A stretch of 64,000 bases of DNA, from positions 18,492-82,491 of IMG/VR virus record IMGVR_UViG_3300007609_000010; one strand, 5' to 3'. A program made the translations under genes and the position numbers. Of this stretch, positions 1 through 13,400 are shown piece by piece. Every line of letters begins with the position of its first letter. The stretch's first letter is position 1. The stretch comes from a virus. The notes under the pieces are model-generated. The model did no database searches. It was not told the DNA's origin and worked only from the letters and a program-made list of their open reading frames with translations.

Positions 1-3000
1 AGTGATATTTGGGTATACGGAACTGATTCTAATGGGTTTGAAACAACCCTATGGACTAAACTGGACAGTGTGGAAGGCAACAACATAATTTATTCAAGCA
101 TTTTTGAAGACACAAAAAATGTTTATGCTGTGAGCACCAGAACAGACGACAGAATTAATTTGGTATTTTCAGACGGTGTGTTCGGCAATTTACCATCTGG
201 CAGTTTTCGTATATATTATAGAACATCTGACAATCGAAACATGGTTATAAATCCCAGTGCGCTTCAAAGCATTTCGGTTGAAATTCCTTATATCAGCAGA
301 ACAAACAAGCAAGAAGTTTTGACAATAGGGCTTAGCCTTAAAACAACAGTAAACAATTCCAGACCGAGCGAAACTAATTCGGACATCAAAGCAGATGCTC
401 CTGCAACATACTACACACAAAACAGATTGATCACAGCAGAGGATTATAATGTAGGACCTCTTGGTATTGATCAGGACATAATTAAAACCAAGACAGTTAA
501 CAGGATCAGCAGTGGCATAAGCAAATACCTAGACTTAAAGGATCCTACAGGAAAATATTCAACAACCAGTTTGTTTGCCACGGACGGTGTATTGTACAAA
601 CAAGAGTTCGTGGAAAAAATAAATTTTGATTTTGTTACACAAGCAGATATTGAAGGTGTAATTTATACGGAAATAGAACCGTTAATTAACAGCAATACTG
701 TTAAAGCATTTTATCAACAAAACTTCAATAGAAAAAATATTGAAGATCTAAATGCTACTTGGAGACAGGTTACAAACTCCACAAATAGAAGCACTGGTTA
801 TTTTCAAGAAATCCTAAACACTGCACAGCTATTCACAGCTGCTAACGGCACGCCTATTCAAGGTGCGGCAGTATATCCTGTTGCATCATATGCACAAAAC
901 AATTTAAGTTTCTTTGAAACCGGCGCACTTGTAAAATTTAAAGCGCCTAAAAATCAAAATCAAGTACAACAGTATTATCTAGAAGACGGAACATTAACCA
1001 CTTTGGCAACTGCTCCCGGTGCAAGCCTTTATAACTGGACAATAGTGCAATCAGTAAACAACGATGGAACTGCAATTGACGATAACGGATTTGGTCCAAT
1101 TGTGTTTAATGACATTATTGCAGAAGGGTCTGTGTTGGTTGAGATACTTCCTAGATATACTCGCAGCATTTCTTCAGATATCAAGCGACAAATAGTAGAT
1201 AGAGCATTTGCTTTTAGAGATTTTGGATTGCGTTACAGTCAAGAAGATCGCGAATGGAAGATTATAACCGCAGAAAATATTAATACCTATTCTGGATTTT
1301 CAAATCAAAATGCAGGAAACAACATCGGACAAAATCTTGACTCTAGCTGGATTTTCTATTTTCAAACAGACGGTAGCAAATACACAGTGTCCTATAGGAA
1401 TCTAAGGTATGTATTTGAAAGTGCCGACGAAGTAAAATTCTTTTTCGACAGTGCTGATAAAATATATGATCCTAAAACAGGACAAGTACAAAAAGACGTA
1501 ATTAAGGTTCTAAATATTAATACTCGTCCTAATGCAACACAGCCTTTCAATAAAGACTTTGACTGGAGTATTTCTGATGCATACAAAGATGCAGGCGGAT
1601 ACAACGACACTCGTAAAATTCAGTTGGCCCTGTTTGACAAAGACGATGACGGCATTGCTGACAATCCGGATATATTCAAAGACATAGTAGACGAGTTTAA
1701 TGTTCCTCTTGATAAAAGATTTATATTCCAACAGAGATATGCAACTTCTGACGGAGTAGACGATTATCGATATTTTGACAATTCTGACAACACTGTTAAA
1801 ATCAGACAAAATGAAAAAGATCCTATTAACCCTAGTGTTGAGTCAGAAGGACAAGTATTCTATTTTTCAGATTTTGATTTGTTCAAAGTGCTGAATAAGT
1901 CGCAAAATAATATGACAGTGACAACCGATTATCGTGCATTTGTAGGCAGAGATAAATTAAAGTTCCAATATGTTCATGTAGCCGATCAAAACTACAGAAT
2001 TGATCCGAGCAGAAGCAATATAATGGATACATATCTGTTAACAAAAAGTTATGACAGTCTAATGAGACAATTCCTGGACGGTGGCATAACTGAAAAACCA
2101 TTGCCACCTAGCACAGATGAACTATTTTCAACCTATGGCACAGCCTTAAATAAAATCAAAAGTATCAGCGACGAAATAGTATATCATCCTGTTAAGTATA
2201 AGATACTGTTTGGCGACAAAGCTGACAATAACTTGCAAGCCACATTTAAAGTTGTGAAAAACAGTGAAGTTTCTGTAAACAACAATGAATTAAAAGCAAA
2301 TATAATTGATTTAATAAACAGATTTTTCAGCATAGAAAATTGGGATTTTGGCGAAACATTCTACTTCCAAGAACTATCCACATACATAATGAATCAACTT
2401 ACTCCGGAGCTGGTAAGTTTTGTGATAGTCCCTACTCAAGCACAGCAAACATTTGGAAGTTTATTTGAAGTTAAATGCGAAAGTGATGAAATCTTTATAA
2501 ATGGTGCAACAGTAGACAACATAGAATTTATAGATGAACATTCAGCCAGTGCGTTGCAATCTACTGGCAGGGTGTTTACAGGAATCAGTGCGCCACAACA
2601 AGGTGTGATAACAAGAACAACTTCCTCACCGTCAATACTGCCAAGCTCAACTGTGTTAACAAATATAGATACTGGAAATACAGGAGGCACACTTGTTCCC
2701 TCAGCCGCTGTCGAAGAACAGTTAACTACCGAACTTGGTGATCCATTTGAAGGAGTGTTAGGAAATCTTGATCCGATTGATCCGACATATAGCCTAAGTG
2801 CACCATTGGTTGTAGATGAAGGAGATTCGTTTACAGTAAATCTTACAACAACTGATATTCCAGACGGAAGTGTCCTAAGTTATAATATTACTGGTATTTC
2901 TGCTAGTGACATTGGTGGTGAGCCATTAACTGGGCAATTTGTAGTTAATGCTAACAGTGCATTTGCTACATTTACTTTGACTAATGATTTAGGATTAGAA

Positions 3001-4404
3001 GGTCCGGAAAAATTTGTGCTCACACTGAATAATCAACAGGCATCTGTAGAAGTACAGTTCTTGGATACCAGTGTGCCAACAGACCCTGTTGATCCTACAA
3101 TTTTAGCAGTTTCTAACACAACTGGAACTTACCCAAGCCGGACTTCAATCATCGATACCAGTACAACTTTGAGATTTATTGCTGATGCTGATCCTTATCC
3201 TGCAAAAGCAGGAATCCCGTTAGTCAATGACGGTGTTACTGCTAGAGAATTTTCAGACAGCACTGCGTTAATCACTGATAAGACATATGACGTGACTTTT
3301 GATTTTAAAGCAGGTAACAATCTATACAATAGCACTAATGATACATTTGATACGCTACCATTACCTAATCCAGAAGTTCTGGGCACAAACTCGGTAGGAA
3401 TAATGCTTAACGGTGTTGTGTTCCACGGACCTGATTTTGTGTCTTCTACCTTGCCAGGCGGTAGCAATGTAGCAGAATCTGGGTTTGTTTGGAACTCTGT
3501 GTTTAACGGCAACCTATTTGGCGAAGACGGCGCCGGCGGCTATCCAGAAAGCAATGGTGAATATCATTATCATAATGGCAAGTTCTTATATAGAGCATGG
3601 AACAATGAAAAGTTTATTTCGTCCAGCAGTTATTTTGCTGACACTGCTAGCAACGACGGCGACAATCTTAGACACAGTGACGGCCATTCTAAGATAGTAG
3701 GATTTGCATTTGACGGATATCCCATATACGGACCATTTGGGTATACAATTCCTGGCGATAACACATCGGGCATAAGCCAGCAAAGTTCCAGTTACAGGAC
3801 TAAACCGTCGGCTGCATCTGGTAGAGGTTATTTGTACTCTGAATTGCCTGCAGGCACATTTGTACAGGACTATGAGTATATAGAAGGACTTGGGTCGCTG
3901 GATGAATACAACGGAAAATACTGTAAAACCCCTGATTATCCTGCAGGAACATATGCTTACTTCTTGACATTTGAAGATGGCGACTTAAACACACCAGTAT
4001 ATCCTTATATCGTTGGTCCTAGCACACGAGATCAAAGAACACCTACAGGAACAGTAACGCAATTAACAAACTTTGGACAAACCTATTCAATTGCAGTAAC
4101 CAACAATGGTGCAACTGCATATGTGTTAGCGGGTGCCGACAGAGCGGGATTAGTTGACGGCGAGAATCCTACGGTGACAGTTAATATAGGTGATACATTA
4201 GAGCTAAACATGAACACTGTTGGATACAGACTTTACATCAAGACAGCAGCAGTTATCGGAACAGGAAGCGCAGTTACAACTCCTGTTGTTAGCAGTAATG
4301 GTTCAGAGACAGGAACTATTTCTTGGACACCAGATACAGCAGGAACATATTATTATGTTGCTGAAAACAGCACAAGCATGATCGGCGAAATCATAGTACA
4401 ATAA
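1..4404 (+). CDS. Baseplate wedge-like structural protein (5'-truncated) with C-terminal Ig/Calx-like, YHYH and cupredoxin-like domains
   Basis: Frame 1 is open from base 1 (SDIWVYGTDSNG...), so the gene starts upstream of the window. 'INLVFSDGVFGNLP', 'ETNSDIKADAPATYYTQNRLITAEDY' and 'FFSIENWDFGETFY' resemble T4 gp6-type wedge proteins. YHYH-domain motifs: GEYHYH, IVGFAFDGYPIYGP, LDEYNG, YPYIVGP. Confidence 0.75.
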   Translation, partial: SDIWVYGTDSNGFETTLWTKLDSVEGNNIIYSSIFEDTKNVYAVSTRTDDRINLVFSDGVFGNLPSGSFRIYYRTSDNRNMVINPSALQSISVEIPYISRTNKQEVLTIGLSLKTTVNNSRPSETNSDIKADAPATYYTQNRLITAEDYNVGPLGIDQDIIKTKTVNRISSGISKYLDLKDPTGKYSTTSLFATDGVLYKQEFVEKINFDFVTQADIEGVIYTEIEPLINSNTVKAFYQQNFNRKNIEDLNATWRQVTNSTNRSTGYFQEILNTAQLFTAANGTPIQGAAVYPVASYAQNNLSFFETGALVKFKAPKNQNQVQQYYLEDGTLTTLATAPGASLYNWTIVQSVNNDGTAIDDNGFGPIVFNDIIAEGSVLVEILPRYTRSISSDIKRQIVDRAFAFRDFGLRYSQEDREWKIITAENINTYSGFSNQNAGNNIGQNLDSSWIFYFQTDGSKYTVSYRNLRYVFESADEVKFFFDSADKIYDPKTGQVQKDVIKVLNINTRPNATQPFNKDFDWSISDAYKDAGGYNDTRKIQLALFDKDDDGIADNPDIFKDIVDEFNVPLDKRFIFQQRYATSDGVDDYRYFDNSDNTVKIRQNEKDPINPSVESEGQVFYFSDFDLFKVLNKSQNNMTVTTDYRAFVGRDKLKFQYVHVADQNYRIDPSRSNIMDTYLLTKSYDSLMRQFLDGGITEKPLPPSTDELFSTYGTALNKIKSISDEIVYHPVKYKILFGDKADNNLQATFKVVKNSEVSVNNNELKANIIDLINRFFSIENWDFGETFYFQELSTYIMNQLTPELVSFVIVPTQAQQTFGSLFEVKCESDEIFINGATVDNIEFIDEHSASALQSTGRVFTGISAPQQGVITRTTSSPSILPSSTVLTNIDTGNTGGTLVPSAAVEEQLTTELGDPFEGVLGNLDPIDPTYSLSAPLVVDEGDSFTVNLTTTDIPDGSVLSYNITGISASDIGGEPLTGQFVVNANSAFATFTLTNDLGLEGPEKFVLTLNNQQASVEVQFLDTSVPTDPVDPTILAVSNTTGTYPSRTSIIDTSTTLRFIADADPYPAKAGIPLVNDGVTAREFSDSTALITDKTYDVTFDFKAGNNLYNSTNDTFDTLPLPNPEVLGTNSVGIMLNGVVFHGPDFVSSTLPGGSNVAESGFVWNSVFNGNLFGEDGAGGYPESNGEYHYHNGKFLYRAWNNEKFISSSSYFADTASNDGDNLRHSDGHSKIVGFAFDGYPIYGPFGYTIPGDNTSGISQQSSSYRTKPSAASGRGYLYSELPAGTFVQDYEYIEGLGSLDEYNGKYCKTPDYPAGTYAYFLTFEDGDLNTPVYPYIVGPSTRDQRTPTGTVTQLTNFGQTYSIAVTNNGATAYVLAGADRAGLVDGENPTVTVNIGDTLELNMNTVGYRLYIKTAAVIGTGSAVTTPVVSSNGSETGTISWTPDTAGTYYYVAENSTSMIGEIIVQ

Positions 4405-4417
4405 GAGGTTATATTTA

Positions 4418-7400
4418 ATGTCATCAAACAGTCAAAACGAATTTGGAGCACCAACACAGGGAGAAAGCAATCGCACTAGTGCAAGATTTCTTCCTAGGTT
4501 TTTCAGATCGGAAGCTAATCTCAAATTTTTGCAGGCAACCGTTGATCAATTAACGCAACCAGGTGTTGCTGAAAAATTAGGCGGGTTCTTTGGAAGAAAA
4601 ATTGCCAAAGGTTATAGACCTGGAGATGTTTATGTAGGTGATGTTAACAGCCAACGAGAAAATTATCAACTGGAACCTGCTCTGGTTATCAAAAATGAAT
4701 TAGGTAATGTAACATATTATAAAGACTACAATGATTATATAAATTCGCTGTCGTTTTTCAATGTGAACACTGCTAACCACGACAAGTTGAATCGACAAGA
4801 AAGTTATCCGTGGAATCCCAACATTGACTGGGACAAGTTTGTAAACTTTCGTGAATACTATTGGCTACCGGACGGTCCCCTAAGTGTACCTGTAAGAGGA
4901 CAAGCTAGAGAAATCCAAAGCACGTTTACTGTTTCCGTTGAAGAAGCAGATGGAGATTTTTCCTATGTGTTTAATAATAAATTCACTCGCAACCCTAGCC
5001 TGAAGTTGTATAGAGGACAAACATACAGATTCGAAATTAACTGTCCTGGACATCCTTTTGCAGTAGCAGTTACTAGAAGTTTCACTCCAGGAAATGCAGT
5101 GGTCGTTGCAGGCAACGAAGGAATCAGACAAGACGGTCTGTTTGGCGCAGATTTATATGGCAATAATTATGACATAGGTGATTGGCTGGTGTTGCCAGAC
5201 AGCGGAAGCGTGACGTTCGACGATGATGAAAATGTGAGCACTCTTTATCCAGACGGTATAAGAAAACTGGGCGAAGGCGGAGAAGAAATTGCAAACGTTT
5301 ATATCGAACAAGGAGTCCTAGAGTTTACTGTGCCAGTAAATTCTCCAGATAGACTTTTCTACATATCTAAAAATGACATTGACGTTAGCGGCCTGTTCAA
5401 AATATACGACATTGAAGAAAACAGTTTTATTGATGTCGAAGAAGAAGTTATAGGCAAAAAATACTACACCAGTTCAAACGGTGTTGAGTTTACAAATGGA
5501 CTTAAGGTATTCTTCAGAGGAGTTACAGAACCCGTAACATATCAAGAAGGAGAATATTATGTCGAGGGTGTAGGTCATGCAATTAAACTGATACCTGCAG
5601 ATGACTTAGTAATCACACAAACATACAGTAACGATGTTTTGCAACCTTTTGACGAACAAGCATTTGACGAGATGCCATTCGGCGCGGCCAATTCTTATCC
5701 TGTGAAAAAAGACTATCTCACCATAAGTCGTGCCAGTAATGATCTTAATGCTTGGTCAAGATCTAACAGATGGTTCCATAGAGATGTAATAGAACAAAGT
5801 TATGTTTACAATGAAATACCAATTGATGTTGAAGAAACAGGAAAAGCAAAGCGTCCTATTATAGAATTTGAACCCGGGTTAAAACTTTATAATTACGGAA
5901 CATTTACAAAACAGAGTGTTGATGTTATAGATACATTCACCACTGATGTCTTTAGCACCGTCGAAGGCACAACTGGTTACAATGTCGATGGCGTAGAGTT
6001 GATAGCAGGTATGCGTGTGCTATTTGCCGCAGACACAGATATCATTGTTAATGGTGCAATATATGAAGTTAAATTTGTAAAAGTTGGAAACGAAGAAAGA
6101 ATTACATTTGTAGAGACCGCAGACAGTTTTCCTTTGGAAAATGAAAATGTCCTCGTAAAACAAGGCAATCAGTTCGCAGGAAAACTTTTCTTTTATAATG
6201 GCGAACGTTGGATTCAAGCGCAAGATAAATTAGATGTAAATCAAGCTCCGCTGTTCGATTTATGTTGTCCAGCAGGAAACTACTATAGTGATTTAGAAGT
6301 ATTTGATTCCTCAACGTTTACAGGATGTAAAGTATTCTCGTATAAAGAAGGAACAGGAACTAATGATACAGAATTAGGATTTCCGCTTACCTATCGCAAT
6401 ATTAATAACACAGGCGATATTCTTTTCGAATTCAACTTACTCACAGACAGTTTTACGGTGCAAAACGAAGATGAAATTGTCACTGTAACTACCGATACAT
6501 CATTTCTAAGATCTTATTCTACAAGGACTGATTTTGAGTATCGTAATGGATGGAGTACTACACCAGTTGTAAGTCGTCAAAAAGTTCTTAGACATTATGA
6601 TGCCACAGAATCTCAAACAAACAATTTTGAAATTGATGTATACAATAATGCAGGCGATCTAAATGATCTAAAGATTGCTGTTTTTGTAAATGAAGTATTC
6701 AAGCAACAAGGTCTGCACTATGAAATTGATAGGCTAAATGGCAGAGCTTATGTGCGCTTTCTAGATAACTTGGCACCAAACGATGTTGTCTTAATCAAAA
6801 GCACCAGTAGTACTGCAAAAAATGCCAACGGGCATTATGAAGTTCCGTACAATCTAGAAAGAAATCCACTTAATCAAAATATCTCAGACTTTACACTAGG
6901 TGAAGTTATAGATCATGTAGATTCTATGATAGAGGATATACCAGAATTTTCTGGGTCATATCCTGGTCGTAGTAATTTACGTGATGTAGGAAAACTAGAC
7001 GGATACGGAAAGCGTTTTCTTAAGCACGCTGGTCCTCTCAATCTTCCAATGTATAGCATAACCACAAAAGAATATAATATTGTTCGAGCTATAGAATATG
7101 GAAAAAACGAGTATACAAAATTTAAAAGAAACTTTTTGATTACAGCGGCTGATTTAGGAGTGGATGCAGAAATACCTGTTCATGTAGATGCAGTTTTAGA
7201 AGAACTAAACAAAGATAAAGTAAACACCCAGCCATTTTACTTTTCGGACATGTTAGGTTATAAGTCTAGTAACACAATATATTATAATGTAGTTGATAAC
7301 GAAAATCCTTACTACGGCTTACCTGACGAATTTAGTTTAAACAATCTTAATAACAAATCGATACTAATTTACCTTAATGGTAATCAATTAATTTTCAATA

Positions 7401-10400
7401 AAGATTATCAATTTACAGATGAACAATTTGCTTATATTCAAGCCGGGCAACAAATTGGGGATGAGATAGAAATAGTCGAATACGAAAGTACCGACGGCAG
7501 TTACATACCTCCTACTCCGACAAAATTAGGACTATATCCTAGATTTGAACCTGAGTTAGTAATTGACGAACAATGGCTAGACAATCAGCAAGATGTAAAT
7601 GTTACCCGACCATATGCCGTTTACGGAGAAAACCTAAACAATCATTTAGACAGGGGTTGGTTTTATCCTTTATATCTTGATAGAAAAACAGCAAAAACTG
7701 ACGATCCTGACGAAAGCGTAATTCAAATAATGTTTAAAGGGTCTAGCAGAATATTTTATGCCCCCGCAAGTAAAATAAATCTAGGAACATCAGTTCCGCC
7801 TGAACAGTACACAGAGTTTCCTATAGGAGCTACATTTGTTAAAGGCCACGATGGCAGTTTATTTAAATGTTATAAAGACTATAGAGATCTATTATTACTA
7901 GAATTAGAAACAAGAATCTATAATAACATTAAAGTCGATTATGATAAAACACAAATTAATATACATTCATACGTTGGCGGCAGATTTAGAGACACAGGGT
8001 TATCAAATGCAGACATTGACAGAATATTAATTAAAGATTTTGCCGACTGGAATAGAGTAGCAAACATTGACTATACTGCAAACACTGTGTTTCAGAATCA
8101 AGATCAATTTTCATATAATTATAGCACAGCTGGTTCTATTGTGGATAATAATTCTTTACCGGGATATTGGAGAGCTGTTTATAAGGACGCATTTGACACA
8201 GATCGTCCGCATACTCATCCTTGGGAAATGCTAGGGTTTTCAATAAAGCCTGTTTGGTGGGACGAAGTATACGGCGTTCCTCCTTACACTAGTAATAATA
8301 CAATACTATGGAACGATTTGCAAGAAGGAATAGTTCGCGAGCCAGGCAAAGGAGTAGTGATTAAAAGCGATTATGCACGACCAGGACTTGTTAATTTCCT
8401 ACCGGTAGACAATCAAGGTCAATTAAAGGCGCCAATAAACGCCAACTATGCCAAAAACATAGTGCTTAGAAATACGGACGACAGTTTTGAGTTTGGCGAT
8501 CAAGCACCGGTAGAAAGTGCATGGCGCCGAAGCTCCGAATACCCATTTTCTTTAATTAAAGCCATTATGTTAAATCGTCCAGCAGATTTTATAGGTAAAG
8601 CATTTGATGTTGCTCGTATTTCTAGAAATTTGGCGGGACAGTACATTTATTCCGAAACCGGTAAACACTTAGAACTAGATAAATTGGTATTCCCTAATAC
8701 ATATCAAGACAATAGACGAATTCCTGCTAGCGGGCTTGTCAATTACATTTATAACCTTGTTGGCAGCAATGTATTGACAGTATACGAAGATTATAAGAAC
8801 AATATAAAGAATATTAGAAACCAACTGGGGATAAAGTTAGCAGGATATACTGACAAACAAAAATTAAATTTGCTTTTACAAAGCAAAAGTCCCAGCGAAG
8901 AAAACGCACAAGGAATATTTATTCCAGAAGAAAACTATGATGTGTTTTTGAATGTATCTAGTCCTGTGGACAATGTAAATTACAGCGGAGTGTTAATAGA
9001 AGTTAGGCCAGACGGATATATTATTCAGGGTTATAATGCAGATACTCCTATGTTCCGTTATTATACACCTGTCGGCAAGCAAGGAGACATCACAGTGGTA
9101 GCAGGCGGCGAATCTGCAAATGTTGTGCAATGGCAACCGAACAAATTGTATGTAAATGGACAGATTGTAGAAAATAATTTCTCATATTTTAGAGTTACAC
9201 AAGATTTCACCAGTGGTCCTGCTTTTTCAGACGACAACTTGGCTAAATTGCCAGAACTGCCTATTACAGGCGGCCAACGTGCTCAAATTAAAACAGGATT
9301 CAACAAGTCTAGGGTATTAGAATTAAATTACGGTGCAAAATTAAAAACTGTTCAGGAAGTAGTAGATTTCTTACTTGGATATGGAGAGTATCTAAAAGAC
9401 CAAGGATTCCGGTTTGAGTACTTTGACCAGAATTATCAAAGAGTAGAAGATTGGAAATCAGCCGCTAAAGAATTTTTATTCTGGAGCTCACAAGGGTGGG
9501 CCGCTGGTACAGTGATTGGGCTTAGTCCAAGTGCTTACGAAATACAATTTAGACGTGATTTTGCTGTAGTTGATGATATATTTGACAACTTTTATAGATA
9601 CAGTTTGTTGGCTGAAAATGGAAACCCTCTAGAACGCAGATTTAGTAATGTTCTTAGAGAAAAAAATTCCTTTAATTTATCAGTTTCACAAACTGATAAC
9701 GGTATCTACAATCTTACATTGCCCACTGTGCAAAAAGAACATGTTATATTATTGGACAACGAAACTATCTTTAATGATATTCTGTATCAACCTTACTCAG
9801 GTTATAGACAGGAGAGAATAAAAGTTCTTGGATACAGGAGTGACAACTGGGACGGCAGTTTAAACATCCCTGGATTTGTTTTTGACGATGCAACAGTTAC
9901 AGAATGGGAACCATGGCAAGATTATTCAATCGGTAGCCTGGTTAAGTATAAAGAATTTTATTATGTGTCGTTGTATCAAGTATATGGCAGTGCTGAATTT
10001 AATCCTAACTTTTGGAGTCGTCTAAGCGAAAAGCCAGAATCACAGTTAATGACTAACTTTGACTTTAGGGTAAACCAATTCGCAGACTTTTATGATGTAG
10101 AAAGTATAGGCTTTGATGAAGATCAGCAACGTCTTGCACAACATCTCATTGGCTACCAAAAACGAGATTACTTAGCCAACATAATCAATGACGAAGTTAG
10201 CCAATTTAAATTCTATCAAGGATTTATTCAAGATAAAGGAACTAGAAATTCTATTGATAAACTGTTTAATTCTCTAGAAGGTCAAACTGAAAGTTTAGAC
10301 TTCTATGAAGAGTGGGCAGTCCAGTCGGGATTTTACGGAGACTTTGACAAAATTAAACAGGTTGCTATTCCTCTGCAAGAAGACAAAATGTTAGAAACTC

Positions 10401-13400
10401 CGCAAGGCATTGAACTAGTGGATTACATACCGCAAGGTGTGTTTGATACCACTTATAGAGTGCGTCCCTTCCAATTAGAAAATAAACCTGCAGATTTCAC
10501 AGTAAATTGTTTTCCTACCACTAAGCTTCAGGAGTATGTGCTCACAGGTGGATATGTTCACGAAGACGATGTTGATTATAAAATTCAAACTATAAGTGAA
10601 CTAGAAACAGTTGATAATAATCTTATCTCTATAGGGGAGTATCTCTGGGTAACAGACGAAGAACCAAACAATTGGAATGTTTACAGGGTATTAGAATCGT
10701 TAATAACAATTAACTCGTTTGCAATAAATGAAGATCTTAATGAACTGGGACAAACAATTGCAACTGTTGAATTTAGCGGAGCCGAAGTTGATATAATTGC
10801 AGGCGATGTAATCGCAATTAACGATGCTCAACTTTATAATATTCTTGGGTTCTTTATTGTAGACGAAATAGATTCCTCTACTTGCACATTGGTAATTCCT
10901 GAAGAAAACAATTTTAAGGATTTTGTAGACGAAAGTTTTGCGTGTGTTGTTTTAAAGTCTGCAAGGGTTAGCAACTTTACAGAATTTAACACAGTGGCAG
11001 AAACTTTCGATTTAGACAGTCAGAAAATCTGGATTGATTCCTACGAAGGTCCCGATCTTTGGGCCGTTCTTCAAAACGAGCCTGTGTATGAAAACACATA
11101 TGAGCTGTTAAATCCTGCCGACGTTGCAGAATCTACTGAAATATTTGATGAAACACAGTTATATGCTAAAGATTTTGCAACCAGTTTAGATAATAAGTTA
11201 TTGTTTACCAGCGCCCCGGGACTAGATAACGGAGTAGTATATCTATACAGAAGAGATCAAGACGTAGACGAACCTATTCTGTCACAGACAATTAATAATC
11301 CTAATCTTAATTTTGATGGTACGGAATCTAAGTTTGGTGAATCCGTAGCAGTGACAGAAGACGGCGAATATGTTGCAATTGGTATACCAGATGCAAGCTC
11401 AATTAAAACAAAGTATCAAGGAATTTACAGAGTTTCTCAAGATTATAACAAAGGCGACATTGTAAAGCACAAAGGAAGTCTATGGCAAGCAGTTCGTCAA
11501 GTGTTTGGACAGCAGTCTAACAGACAATATAGTACCTTTGATAGCTATATTGACATCGATGCTAGAACATTCGAAGACTCTAGTGTAATTAAGTTGTTAT
11601 TGACAGGTTCACCTGGATTGCAAAATCGTCAGGTAAACCACTTCTTGGTTAGAGCTCCTGCAGATATGTATCTAGGATCTAAGATAGGTGATCAATTAAA
11701 ATTAGAATGGAACGAGTTTACGTACTTGAATGGTGATATTAATACACCTTATTATCCGTGGAATAATTCTATACCTGAACTAGGGTATAACAGTTCTACA
11801 GATAATATCTTTATAGAAGACTTCCACGAAATTAAAGGTAAGATTGACAAAGTTCTGATACTGCCAGAATATAAGAGAGCTGTTCAAGTTGGTGATCAAG
11901 TACAAACAGAAACAGGATTTGCAGATGTAGCTTATGTTGATATATCAGCAGGCACAATGGTATTGTATATTAATAATCTGCGAGGTTCATTTAGCTCTGC
12001 CGATACATTGCAGTTCTTTGACTTCAATACAGCTATTACAGAAGAAGTTGGAGAGTATACAGAAGTAGATTATGGGTTCACAGATGACTTTAATGGATTT
12101 TGGATTGTGCAACTGGACAGCAGTGATAGCGGGTTTGCATTTAATGAGAATAATTCTAATTACGATAATGGAACAACATTTTATGAAGTAGGAACTGGCT
12201 TGGTAATTGCCGATGTTATACAAAGCGAAGAGTTTGATTCAGCCGGCCGCGAACGTAATCTGTATTTCAACGTTATCGACAGTATTAAATCTATAGGAGC
12301 AGTTCCCAGTAATAATCTAAAATCCAGCATGATACACAACCTGGGTGACAAATATATGGTGAGAATGTCACCGGAGATGACTGCTGAACTAGAATATAGA
12401 TTTGCAAAGCGTAAACAAAATTTAAATGCAACATTTGGAGACACACCGGCTGTTAAGGATAGTCTAAATGGTTCATTTATTAATCTTGTATTAGGCGAAT
12501 ACGATGAAATATATGAGGATAGCGACGATTATCTACCAATAAGTTCAAGACCCCAAATCAGATTTAATTTGTTTGACTATGTAGGATCTCCGTTTTATAA
12601 TGAAGCAGACGATGCTGGTTTATTTTTCCAAGCTGTAAATGGTCGTAAGACTGTGACAGACCTTTGGGACGGATACATTGATGTGACTCTTAAAGAAGTA
12701 GATCCTGAAACTGGAAACCTTTATAGATTTAAAGCAAATGATACTATAAGCGATGTTCAAAGACCTTTTGACATATTCCAAAGACCTAGTGCAGTTCCAT
12801 TTAACACAATACCTGAAAATATAGCTGTAGTTACATCAGTTAAAGATAACATTGATGGAAGATTTGACAGGCAACGATTGTATATAAAAATTAAAAGCGG
12901 CGCATGGGAATTAGAAAACAATATTGCACAGATTGAGTTAGAAAGGCGTAGAGAATTTGATGCCGATAGAATAATTGGCGAAATAGAAAACTACGCCAAC
13001 GATGTAATTGTTCCTAGTCGTTTTATTGGTAAATTTATGGTCATTGACAGTGCCGATTTAGGCACAGGGTCAAATTATGTTTTGGAAAATGCTGAATATT
13101 TCATTACTACTGAATCCTTAAATGAATTAGGTGCAGATTCTGTACCTAGCGTGCCTAGCAGTCTAAATAGAGATTATGAACAGGTGTACAATATAACAAC
13201 TAACAACGGGGGTACACCGGGCAAAGCTAACGAAGGATGCGTGGCAATTTTCCAAAGATCCGGACCGGATAATTATAACCTAAGCCGAATTATAGTAAGC
13301 GAGCAAAACTTCGGAGTGTTAAACAATCGTTTCGGAAAAAATGTTAAGTTTGTTAAAAATGGATTGCAGTATAGACTGAGCGTGGCCAGCGACGGAGACT

